Made by a program: the position numbers and the translations under genes. Shown piece after piece: positions 26,658-34,569 of a DNA stretch of 64,000 nucleotides. Below the pieces are notes generated by a model. That model was not told the DNA's origin. It searched no databases and saw nothing but the letters and a program-made list of their open reading frames with translations. The stretch comes from Candidatus Heimdallarchaeota archaeon (GTDB lineage Archaea; Asgardarchaeota; Heimdallarchaeia; JABLTI01), in NCBI GenBank assembly GCA_019056785.1, contig DXJV01000087.1:8295-72294 (forward strand). Reading direction: 5' to 3'. How positions within the stretch are numbered: position 1 is the first letter of the stretch; each line of letters starts with the position of its first letter.

Positions 26658-27212
26658 CTATTCTACAATTAGTCCAAGTTCGGTTTCAGCGAATACTATC
26701 GCTTCTTCTCTTGAGATCCTGTGCTTCACAGGAATCTTCTTCGGGGAACGGAATCTTCGTTTTACCCGATAGCCTGGGCGTTCTAACCGTATTAGAACAT
26801 CCAGTCCTGTTACCCCCAAATTTGGGTCGTATTTCGTGCCTGGAATGTCGATGTGCTCTCTTATACCAAATCCGAAGTTTCCTTCGCGGTCGAAAGCACG
26901 TCTAGAAATTTTATTATCACGAACATCAAACAATCGCGGAATGAGATCTTTGATTTTCTGTTGGTCCCGGATGGTGACCATTGCTCCAATGGGTTCGCCC
27001 TTTCGAATCCCAAACTCTCGGAAAGTCCGTTTCGCCCTTGTTTCCTTCGTTTTCATTCTACTGATAGATTCAATGATCTTCCTGACACGCTCTAAAGCTT
27101 CTCCTGATTCTCCAACACTACAATGAAGGATTAAAGAAGCGACCTTAGGTTTCCGCATGGGGTGTTTTTTCCAATCATTAAGAAAGTCGTCTTTACTCAT
27201 TGCAGCTGCCAT
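26658..27212 (-). CDS. rpl5: 50S ribosomal protein uL5
   Basis: [21 protein letters not shown]...FGIREHID; conserved position. Confidence 0.9.
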   Translation of the reverse strand: MAAAMSKDDFLNDWKKHPMRKPKVASLILHCSVGESGEALERVRKIIESISRMKTKETRAKRTFREFGIRKGEPIGAMVTIRDQQKIKDLIPRLFDVRDNKISRRAFDREGNFGFGIREHIDIPGTKYDPNLGVTGLDVLIRLERPGYRVKRRFRSPKKIPVKHRISREEAIVFAETELGLIVE

Positions 27213-27967
27213 TATTTACCAGCTCCTCCTTTTGCTTCTTCCCAGAAGGGGACTTTATCACCAACAACAAACACATATTCGGGAGTTGTTTGTACTTCCA
27301 CCCCGTCAGATGAAACTATTTTCACCGTTGAGGCACGTGGACCAAACCGCCATTGGAATTCTGTTATGGTGCCGGCTTTCCCAACGTTTCGTCCTGCAAT
27401 TATGAAGGCATATTTTCCTTCTTTGAAGGGGTAATGTGCCAAGATTTTTTGACTTGGAAGTTCAATTACAATAGTGTCCTTTGTCATGTATTTTTGTTCG
27501 ATACCTTCTTCTTTTGGCAATAGGATGTTTCTTCCATCGTGAAGGTTTAATTGCAATTGTCCGCCCTTAATAGTCGTCTTATTGAGGATTTGACAGGCCT
27601 TTTGATTCCTTGGCCCCTTTTTAATTTCATAGGGAGCCAGAACGTGCAAGTAATGGGGTAAAAGACGGAAGCTTTTATTGATCTGGTCGATTTGTATAAC
27701 ATCCATTAAACCAACAGGGAATTTTGGATTGGTTACTACACGACCATCCACTTTCACATAATGCTTGTTAAGGATAAACTTTAGTTCATGAGCTGTTTCT
27801 GCAAGTTTCAAAATATCACGTAAGAGGATGCCAATAGGAACGCTTTTATCTTTGCTGTGAGGACCGGGATCCGCTCGAAAAGCAAATTTATGCTTCTTCC
27901 GGGGGAGCACCCAGTTACGTGGGGAGGCTATCCGTTTCTGATGTTTTGAACCACCTGATTTTGTCAT
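27212..27967 (-). CDS. rps4e: 30S ribosomal protein eS4
   Basis: From the internal ATG (27965-27967) the sequence reads MTKSGGSKHQKRIASPRNWVLPRKKHKFAFRADPGPH, followed by S4/KOW-like domains. The listed upstream start would overlap uL24. Confidence 0.85.
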   Translation of the reverse strand: MTKSGGSKHQKRIASPRNWVLPRKKHKFAFRADPGPHSKDKSVPIGILLRDILKLAETAHELKFILNKHYVKVDGRVVTNPKFPVGLMDVIQIDQINKSFRLLPHYLHVLAPYEIKKGPRNQKACQILNKTTIKGGQLQLNLHDGRNILLPKEEGIEQKYMTKDTIVIELPSQKILAHYPFKEGKYAFIIAGRNVGKAGTITEFQWRFGPRASTVKIVSSDGVEVQTTPEYVFVVGDKVPFWEEAKGGAGK

Positions 27968-27983
27968 TTTTTTCTCAATCCTG

Positions 27984-28406
27984 CTAACTTGATTCTTCAA
28001 CAACCTCTTCTTCTAATTCCTCTTCTTCGAGGGGGAGGCGTCTCTCGACAACAGCTTTTCGGCCTTTGTCTCGCATATTCTTCAAATTAATGATCTCACA
28101 ATTGCATGCCCGAACTGGAAAGTGTTGAGCCGAGCCATCTGTCTTCTCAAAGGTTACCCCTTCAACAGTAAGACGCATCGCTCGATAATCAACTTTCGAG
28201 ACCTCGCCTTCTATGCCTTTAAAAGAACCCTTCCGAATACGAATGGTGTCACCTTTTCGGACAACCAGCTGTTTTACGCCCTCTTTTTCAGCTAGTGCCG
28301 GAGCAAGGGGAGCGGTTAGGATCTTTCGTCGTTTGTGTAATGGCGCGGTGTAAAGTTGCTTTCGTTTTTTGGAAGGACGTTTTGTGAGTGAAGCTTTCCG
28401 TTTCAT
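27984..28406 (-). CDS. rpl24: 50S ribosomal protein uL24 (KOW), with short acidic C-terminus
   Basis: The KOW segment is VVRKGDTIRIRKGSFKGIEGEVSKVD. The C-terminus is LPLEEEELEEEVVEESS. Confidence 0.9.
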   Translation of the reverse strand: MKRKASLTKRPSKKRKQLYTAPLHKRRKILTAPLAPALAEKEGVKQLVVRKGDTIRIRKGSFKGIEGEVSKVDYRAMRLTVEGVTFEKTDGSAQHFPVRACNCEIINLKNMRDKGRKAVVERRLPLEEEELEEEVVEESS

Positions 28407-28425
28407 CTTTTTTCAACTCCTGAGA

Positions 28426-28842
28426 TCAAACAATAGTGCTGGCAGCATGTGCCACTCGAGGCCAGCGTTCTGCCGCTTCTTTAGCGACAGGACCCCTAAT
28501 TTCGCTTCCACGAGGGCTTCCCTCGGGACTGGAAATAACTGCAGCATTATCTTCAAATTGTACCCACAGACCATTTGGTCTTCGATACATTTTCCGCTGA
28601 CGGATCACTATTGCAGGTAAGACTTGTCGTCTCATTTGAGGAGTTCCTTTTTTGACTGAAACAATCACCATATCGCCTATGGAGGCTGTGGGGTAACGAT
28701 TCAGTCGACCTTTGAAACCTTTAACTGCAATAATCTCAATTACTTTCGCACCGGTGTTATCAGCGCACGTTAACCGTGTGCCAACGCTAACACCCTTGCT
28801 GAGTCTTGGGAGAGATATTCCGGTTACTTTTCTTCTTGACAT
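28426..28842 (-). CDS. rpl14: 50S ribosomal protein uL14
   Basis: From the internal ATG (28840-28842) the sequence reads [33 protein letters not shown]...IRGPVAKE. The upstream extension would overlap uS17. Confidence 0.9.
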   Translation of the reverse strand: MSRRKVTGISLPRLSKGVSVGTRLTCADNTGAKVIEIIAVKGFKGRLNRYPTASIGDMVIVSVKKGTPQMRRQVLPAIVIRQRKMYRRPNGLWVQFEDNAAVISSPEGSPRGSEIRGPVAKEAAERWPRVAHAASTIV

Positions 28843-28864
28843 TTTTCCATACTCCTCAAGTATT

Positions 28865-29227
28865 TCACTGTTCTTTGCCTTCAGTAGGCTGCTTTTCTTT
28901 TGCAATTACAACATAAGCAATAGTCTTGCTTAATGGTCGACATTCCATAATTTTGACGATATCACCTTCCCGAGCATCGATGCAGGGAGGATTATGAGAG
29001 GCAATTGTGCTGTGCTTTCGTTCATATCGCTTGTATTTTTTGACGAAAGAGAGGTAATCTCTTCGAACGACTACAGACTTTTGCATTTTATGGCTGACAA
29101 CTGTGCCAGTCAGAATTCTTCCTCGAACACGCAAGCTTCCATGGAAGGGACAATTTACATCGTTACAAACTTTTTCTGGTTCTGGAACATCAACGCCAAT
29201 ATATCTTGACATCTTTTCTTTTACCAC
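28865..29227 (-). CDS. rps17: 30S ribosomal protein uS17
   Basis: [34 protein letters not shown]...[12 protein letters not shown]. Confidence 0.9.
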   Translation of the reverse strand: MVKEKMSRYIGVDVPEPEKVCNDVNCPFHGSLRVRGRILTGTVVSHKMQKSVVVRRDYLSFVKKYKRYERKHSTIASHNPPCIDAREGDIVKIMECRPLSKTIAYVVIAKEKQPTEGKEQ

Positions 29228-29529
29228 CTTTTACGAATACTTTTTTTCAATCTATTTTCTGGTTGTCCTTTTAATACCCAGCCTTCAACATCCACCTGCT
29301 CGCCAGATGGGAGAGTAAATCGGAATATGCAGTCTTTTTTCGGGACCTTTATGCGTTGGCGTTGTCCAAGAGTAGCAGTGGGAAAGGGTTCAATAACCAA
29401 TAGGTTTTTCGTCTCGTCAATGACAAGCCCTTTTAGACCTATTCGTTGTTTGTCTGTTGCGGAGAGTATTTCAATAGTCAAACCGATCAACTCATGTTGG
29501 TGGATATTTTCAGGGGTTTGTGGACTCAA
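29221..29529 (-). CDS. rnp1: Ribonuclease P protein component 1 (Rpp29/Pop4 homologue)
   Basis: HELIGLTIEILSATDKQRIGLKGLVIDETKNLLVIE is the Rpp29 Sm-like core. It sits in the classical archaeal position between uL29 and uS17. Confidence 0.85.
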   Translation of the reverse strand: MSPQTPENIHQHELIGLTIEILSATDKQRIGLKGLVIDETKNLLVIEPFPTATLGQRQRIKVPKKDCIFRFTLPSGEQVDVEGWVLKGQPENRLKKSIRKRW

Positions 29530-29729
29530 AGTTCACCATTCTCTTTCATTACAGTTAATATTCTTGCGATGGTCTTTTTCACTTGTTTAACCTTGGTGGG
29601 CTTTTCAAGTGAACCACCGGTTGCAATCCCTGCCCGTAAAACGGCAAGGTCCTTTTGCAATTTTGTTAATTGATACTTTCGCTGTTCAGCGCTCATATAC
29701 CGAATTTCACGCATTCTCAGAATTGGCAT
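29526..29729 (-). CDS. rpl29: 50S ribosomal protein uL29
   Basis: 67 aa. LRMREIRYMSAEQRKYQLTKLQKDLAVLR is the typical uL29 helix-hairpin. Confidence 0.9.
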   Translation of the reverse strand: MPILRMREIRYMSAEQRKYQLTKLQKDLAVLRAGIATGGSLEKPTKVKQVKKTIARILTVMKENGEL

Positions 29730-29732
29730 GCT

Positions 29733-30383
29733 TCATTTCTCCTTCTTTTTCTTCTTGTCTTCGGCAGATTTCGCTTTCGTCTCTTTTTTTGTTTTAGAGG
29801 AGGTTGTTTTTCCCTCTTTTTTCGCTGTTTTTGTGCTTGTTTCAGCTTTTTTCGATTGGCTCTTCTTAGCAGGAGCAGCAGCATCTTTTTCTTTAGTACT
29901 CTTCTTGGGCTTCTCAGCCGTTTTAGCCGGAGCTTTTTTCTCCTCGCTTTTCTTCTTTGCTTTCGTAGGTTCTTTCTTTGCTTTTGCAAGCTCTTTCTTT
30001 GGCTCAGCTTTCTTCCTCGGTGCAGCAGCTTTTGTCGTTGGTTTTTCTTCTGGTTTCTTTACAGCGGGTTTCTTTGCCGCGGCTTTGGCTTTCTCTTTTT
30101 TCGCTGCTGGTTCTTTTTTCTTAGCTTTCTTCTCTTCACCCGGTTCTTTCTCAATAAGCTCTGATAGCTCTTCAACCTCTAAGTCGAGAGAGGTCTTTTT
30201 CGCAACGGGTGTCTTTTCTTCTTTAACAGCGACTTCTTTTTCTTTTGGAACTTTTTCAGCCGGGGCTGCAGCTTTTTCAGGAACCGCTTTTGCTTCCTCC
30301 GGCTTTGCAGCTACAGGTTTTTCTTCTTGTACGACTTCCGCTTCTTCTTTTGGACTAACCTCTGTAGTGGGTTCTTCCAGTTT
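29733..30383 (-). repeat. Low-complexity Lys/Ala/Glu/Pro coding tract (uS3 tail)
   Basis: KKAKKKEPAAKKEKAKAAAKKPAVKKPEEKP... Antisense ORFs 29670..30164 and 29728..30501 are shadows. Confidence 0.8.
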
Positions 30384-30995
30384 GACGGATTTAATGGTAA
30401 TTTCATCAGGGAGGTCAATATCACCACGCATAATGCTAACTGTCACACCAATCGTGCCCAATTTCATTATAGCAGTAGCATTAGCAGTTTTCACATATTG
30501 AGTACCCACTTCTCCACTCTTTGCAAGAAAGCCCATTCGATAAGCTTCATGCCGAGAGCGTTTACTGGTAAGCTTGCCCGAGATGATAATTTCGCACCCT
30601 TTTGCGCCTGCATTAAGAACACGTCGAAGGACAGAATAGGCGGCCCGACGGCGATGCACCCCTCGCTCAATGGCAGAGACAAGTGTATACGCCATAACCT
30701 TCGGATTAAGTTCGGGATTGACCACTTCTTTTACTTCGATTTGTGGGTTGTCAATTCCATATTCATTTGCTAAGATGTCAGTGATCATACGGATGTTTTT
30801 TCCACGACGACCAATGACAATACCGGGTCGTGAAGCATAAATGGTGATACGTTCACCGAGAGGTGTTTTAGTGATTTCCACACCACCATATCCTGCTCTT
30901 TGTAGTTCTCTTGCTAAGAATTCATCAATTCTCGCTTGACGAACGCCTTTCTTAATGAAATGATTAACAGCTGTCAATATTTTAGACCTCTTCAA
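29733..30995 (-). CDS. rps3: 30S ribosomal protein uS3 with a ~215-aa Lys/Ala/Glu/Pro-rich C-terminal extension
   Basis: The KH domain (GGVEITKTPLGERITIYASRPGIVIGRRGKNI) and the S3 C-domain run to about residue 205. A continuous in-frame low-complexity tail follows to residue 420. Confidence 0.9.
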   Translation of the reverse strand: MKRSKILTAVNHFIKKGVRQARIDEFLARELQRAGYGGVEITKTPLGERITIYASRPGIVIGRRGKNIRMITDILANEYGIDNPQIEVKEVVNPELNPKVMAYTLVSAIERGVHRRRAAYSVLRRVLNAGAKGCEIIISGKLTSKRSRHEAYRMGFLAKSGEVGTQYVKTANATAIMKLGTIGVTVSIMRGDIDLPDEITIKSVKLEEPTTEVSPKEEAEVVQEEKPVAAKPEEAKAVPEKAAAPAEKVPKEKEVAVKEEKTPVAKKTSLDLEVEELSELIEKEPGEEKKAKKKEPAAKKEKAKAAAKKPAVKKPEEKPTTKAAAPRKKAEPKKELAKAKKEPTKAKKKSEEKKAPAKTAEKPKKSTKEKDAAAPAKKSQSKKAETSTKTAKKEGKTTSSKTKKETKAKSAEDKKKKKEK

Positions 30996-31443
30996 TTGCT
31001 ATCTCAATATGAGTTAAGTAATTATATTTCGGGGACGATGACCCTTGAGCGCGGGGGAAGAACCGTTTGACGATCATTCCTTTTTGAGAGCAAGCATGAA
31101 TAATCTTCATTCGTTCTACATCCAGCCCTTTAAACTCTGCATTGTTTTCAGCGTTTTCAAGAACACTCAGAATCATCTTTGCCGCCTTCACAGGATAGCG
31201 ACCAGCAGGCCATTTTGAAAGATCTTTCCGATGAGCGACGTGTTTCTTGTGGCGTTTATAAGGAATAGAACGTTTCATTTTAATGACATCCTCGAGATAT
31301 TCCTTTGCCTTGTCAAGAAACATGCCCTTAATATGGTTGCAGATCTCTCGTGCAGCCTTTGGACTGATATCAGCTTCTCTTGCACTGGCAATGGCTGTAC
31401 GATCCGGGTCTAAGCCGAAAATCGAATATCCAAATTGTGGCAT
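30982..31443 (-). CDS. rpl22: 50S ribosomal protein uL22
   Basis: ASAREADISPKAAREICNHIKGM...KIIHACSQKG. It is the first gene of the string in this genome. Confidence 0.9.
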   Translation of the reverse strand: MPQFGYSIFGLDPDRTAIASAREADISPKAAREICNHIKGMFLDKAKEYLEDVIKMKRSIPYKRHKKHVAHRKDLSKWPAGRYPVKAAKMILSVLENAENNAEFKGLDVERMKIIHACSQKGMIVKRFFPRAQGSSSPKYNYLTHIEIAIEEV

Positions 31444-31571
31444 TTACATTTCCTCGTATTGTTAGTACTTTTTCTCAATAATCGTAAAGACGACTACATT
31501 CATTTTTTTCGAATTGTTTGGGGGGTAAACCCAGTCTTTGATTCATACTTCAATCCAGCGAATCACTCATA

Positions 31572-31679
31572 GGCAGTTGATTCCTGGAACCTCCAAGAGG
31601 CGCGACTCCCCTTCTGCATAAACTTGTGCAAGGTCGGAGCCCAATTATGCACACGCTTAGATAAGTTCAGCGCTGCAGT
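31572..31679. ncRNA. GC-rich structured island in an AT-rich spacer: candidate small ncRNA or structured 5' leader of the uL22 operon
   Basis: About 50% GC by eye against a much more AT-rich spacer around it. It contains hairpins CCTC-caa-GAGG (31590-31600) and TGCATA-aact-TGTGCA (31615-31630), the latter extendable by CCTT/AGG. No family signature (C/D, H/ACA, SRP, RNase P) recognised. Confidence 0.25.
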
Positions 31680-31951
31680 AATCTGAAACAAGAACAGTCT
31701 CTTTAAAAATCTTGTGTCATTTTTCAGCAAAAAAAAGCAAAAATAAACAAAGTAGAAAACTACTAACAGTAAGGGAAAATGCACCCACAATAATTACTTT
31801 CTAAGCTCTTTTTCTGGCTAAAAACAAGTTTGTGAAGAGAAAGGATTAAATAAGTTAGAAAGTAGCTAATAATAATCAAGAAGTATTTACAGCGCGAAAA
31901 ATGAGAAATGTCTTTGAAGCATTTTGATTTACGAGCCGGGGGCAATTTAAT

Positions 31952-32248
31952 TTGTCAAAGAATATAAATGATTATGTAATAAGAAGAAAGGATGGCTTGA
32001 AAATCTGCAAAATTTGTCAAGCGATTATTCAAGATGAAATGGATCACATGAAACGCCGGCATCCAAAATATTTGAAATATCTCGAGAAAAGAGAAGAAAA
32101 CGAAGAACGATATATGTGTTGCTATTGTGGTTTATGGGTAAAAAATTGGAGAGAGCACATAAAACAACAACACCCGGAAATTATCGCAGAAGCCGCAAAA
32201 AGAGTGAAACCCGAACCTGAAGAAGAGGAATTTGAATTTACTTTCTAA
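31952..32248 (+). CDS. Small protein with two C2H2-like zinc-finger motifs and an acidic/aromatic C-terminus
   Basis: 98 aa, TTG start. CKICQAIIQDEMDHMKRRH and CYCGLWVKNWREHIKQQH share the spacing C-x2-C-x9-H-x4-H. The C-terminus is KPEPEEEEFEFTF. Confidence 0.6.
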   Translation: MSKNINDYVIRRKDGLKICKICQAIIQDEMDHMKRRHPKYLKYLEKREENEERYMCCYCGLWVKNWREHIKQQHPEIIAEAAKRVKPEPEEEEFEFTF

Positions 32249-32338
32249 AAACTAAATCCATAAAAGGGCAAAAAAAAAGAGGAAAAAGAAACACTTGGTA
32301 GTGCTTACCAGAATGTTTCACATGGAGAGCCTTTTCAT

Positions 32339-34414
32339 TTAGGGTGCAACCTGAGAATATTTCCTTGTAATGGCAAATGATTTGAACTCAAAGCCTGTGC
32401 CGGTATAACCTGCTTTTCCAAAGAATTCCACCCACTGCAAACGCAGGGTTTGAATAAAGGAAAATAGCCCCTCAAGAGCAAGGATTACAAGAGCACCAAT
32501 AGCAACTCCAACATAATTTAATGCACCCAAGTGATGCCCATCACCTACAAAATCTGTGAGTAAGAAAACATGTGAAAGTGCACCATGAACTGCATTCATT
32601 GCGAAAATTCGCGCATAGCTAACGGTATGGGAAAGTGTAGAAAGAAGGATGTCCAAAATTTCACCAATGCCATTAAACCCATGTGTTACTAGATAAATGG
32701 AGAGAATGATAATTGGGCCGACAAAAGCTCCTAAAAAGAACCATAGTGAGCTGCCTATTTTAAAGAAGGGGATTTTCTGCCCTCGCCAAGATAAAAGCGC
32801 TAAATCAAAGGTTCCTGAGTTTGTAGCGGAAAACCAATTCATAAAGTTCGACCCGAAAGTAAAGACAAGAATGAATAATGCCCAATGCATAATTGCCCAC
32901 ATTAATGTGACCAGAAAAGCTTCTTTATAATGTTTATGTTTGATATTTGTCAGGAATCGCAAAATATAACCAATAGTCATATGGGTCATCCCAATGAGAA
33001 GCGATAATTCGAGCATTAGAATAACAGATTTCGCCCCGTTGTGTAACTCATTACTTTCAGGGCTGAACCACAAAGCCTTTGGTGCCCCATATTCATGAGT
33101 TATTCCAAAGTATGAACCAAATAAAACACCAAAGATAATAGCTGAAATACCTGACACAATAATGAGCATCGCGCCTGATTTGAAATACCCTTGAATTTCA
33201 CCCATAAAGTTATTGGCATTCAGTTTCTTGTTCCTAAGAGTCAAACCATAAATTCCAAGAAGTGTAAATAATGCGCCATGACCAACATCCGCAAACATAA
33301 TACCAAACATGATTGGGAAAAAAATTTGAAGTATAAGAGCAGAATTAAATTCATTATAACCAGGAACACCATAAGCATTTACCAATGTCTGATAAACTCG
33401 AGCAAATTTTGGTGTAGAGGTCTTTGTCGGAAATTCTGACTCTTCAAAAACAGGTTTAGAAAATTCAATCACTCCGGTTTTCTCAGTTGCAGTGAGAATT
33501 GCTTTTTCAATTTTACTGGTTTTCTTTTTAGGAAGCCAGGCCCAAAAAGCAATATTTCGCTTTGTCGATCGAGTCATATTCTTGATTCGTAAAATATTCT
33601 CTTCAATTAGTAATTGCTCATAATAAGCAAGAATGAAAGCACCTTTTTCTTCAATAATTTTCTCTGCATCCAAATGATATTCTTTTATTTTTGCCTCTAA
33701 TTCCTCAATTTTCCGCAGGCTTTTTTCTTCCACTTTTTTTGGCTCACCAGAAATTCGTTCCGGAATGGTTATCTTTTCAAAGTCATAAGCTATTAATAAC
33801 CGGTTTACATCTTCCTGGTATCTTTCCAAAAAGCCAATAGCCAGAAATGAGTAATTGCCCTCTGTTGAGGACTCTCGAAGGACAAAATTGCTATCTGTTA
33901 TCGCATCAAGGTTCCATTTAAATCGGGGAAGAAGTTTCGTGTTGATACGACCAAAAATCATAGTGAAATATGGACGTTCCTCATCTAAATCTTCGAAGCT
34001 AAAGCCAACGGTTGCTAAATTTCGAGAAATGTCTATAATAGATTTGTTTTTTTGTAACTCTCGTTCTGCAAGAGAAATGCGATCGTTTAGTTGTTTCAGC
34101 TTAATAATATATTCCTTATAAAATTGCTGTAATTGTTTTAAAACGTGCTTTGAATCGCGATCATCAATTTCTACCTTCTTTACTCTTTTCCCTACACGTT
34201 TTTCTACTTCAAAATCTGCAATTACTTGCTGAAACTCTTCCAAATATTCCTTGATCATTGTGCCATGTTCGTAAGAGGTGATATTAAATGGCTTTTTTTG
34301 AATATCGATTATTTCAATATCCTCACAACTTGAAATGAAACGAAGAAGATTTCTTGAGTATTCAAGGGGAGCAACAACTTTTACTGTCAGCATTCTTTCT
34401 GGGACAAAGCTCAT
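32339..34414 (-). CDS. atpI: A-type ATP synthase subunit I (membrane stator, V-ATPase a-subunit homologue)
   Basis: Start taken at ATG 34412-34414 (MSFVPERMLTVKVVAP...), giving 691 aa. The N-terminal half is a soluble coiled-coil, and the C-terminal half is polytopic with the conserved Arg-containing helix (LSHTVSYARIFA). The longer track ORF runs through an upstream terminator hairpin. Confidence 0.85.
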   Translation of the reverse strand: MSFVPERMLTVKVVAPLEYSRNLLRFISSCEDIEIIDIQKKPFNITSYEHGTMIKEYLEEFQQVIADFEVEKRVGKRVKKVEIDDRDSKHVLKQLQQFYKEYIIKLKQLNDRISLAERELQKNKSIIDISRNLATVGFSFEDLDEERPYFTMIFGRINTKLLPRFKWNLDAITDSNFVLRESSTEGNYSFLAIGFLERYQEDVNRLLIAYDFEKITIPERISGEPKKVEEKSLRKIEELEAKIKEYHLDAEKIIEEKGAFILAYYEQLLIEENILRIKNMTRSTKRNIAFWAWLPKKKTSKIEKAILTATEKTGVIEFSKPVFEESEFPTKTSTPKFARVYQTLVNAYGVPGYNEFNSALILQIFFPIMFGIMFADVGHGALFTLLGIYGLTLRNKKLNANNFMGEIQGYFKSGAMLIIVSGISAIIFGVLFGSYFGITHEYGAPKALWFSPESNELHNGAKSVILMLELSLLIGMTHMTIGYILRFLTNIKHKHYKEAFLVTLMWAIMHWALFILVFTFGSNFMNWFSATNSGTFDLALLSWRGQKIPFFKIGSSLWFFLGAFVGPIIILSIYLVTHGFNGIGEILDILLSTLSHTVSYARIFAMNAVHGALSHVFLLTDFVGDGHHLGALNYVGVAIGALVILALEGLFSFIQTLRLQWVEFFGKAGYTGTGFEFKSFAITRKYSQVAP

Positions 34415-34456
34415 ATTTTTACACCTATTCATAGTCTCAAGTGTTTTGAAAAGAGC

Positions 34457-34470
34457 TCTAATAAAAAATT
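34457..34470 (-). promoter_or_regulatory. TATA-like box upstream of atpI
   Basis: The - strand reads AAATTTTTTATTAGAG about 45-55 nt upstream of the atpI ATG and downstream of the terminator hairpin. Confidence 0.35.
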
Positions 34471-34504
34471 TGTGGATGTTCACAAAATTAATCGAAACAG
34501 AGAA

Positions 34505-34569
34505 AGCTAAAAAGAAAGAGAAGAAAAACAATCATAGAAAATGATTTTCCTGTTTGGTTGGAAAATCAT
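34505..34569 (-). terminator. Perfect 10-bp hairpin overlapping the aminotransferase stop codon, followed by a T-rich tract
   Basis: ATGATTTTCC (34541-50) pairs with GGAAAATCAT (34560-69) across a 9-nt loop. On the - strand it is followed by TTTCTATGATTGTTTTTCTTCTCTTTCTTTTT. Confidence 0.55.

Noticed and set aside
29670-30501. Long + strand ORFs (164 aa and 257 aa) and a - strand alternative-frame ORF (29717..29989).
   Set aside because: All lie within the uS3 tail. They are frame or strand shadows of the Lys-rich repeat; only the uS3 frame is continuous with a recognisable protein.
31563-31945. Two - strand ORFs (75 aa and 60 aa) in the spacer upstream of uL22.
   Set aside because: Their composition is odd (Phe/Leu/Cys-rich), there is no SD, and they overlap the GC-rich structured island. 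They are more likely non-coding.
34415-34531. N-terminal extension of atpI (MFFFSFFLAF...).
   Set aside because: The extension runs through the T-rich tract that follows the terminator hairpin and through a TATA-like box. The conserved AtpI N-terminus starts at ATG 34414.
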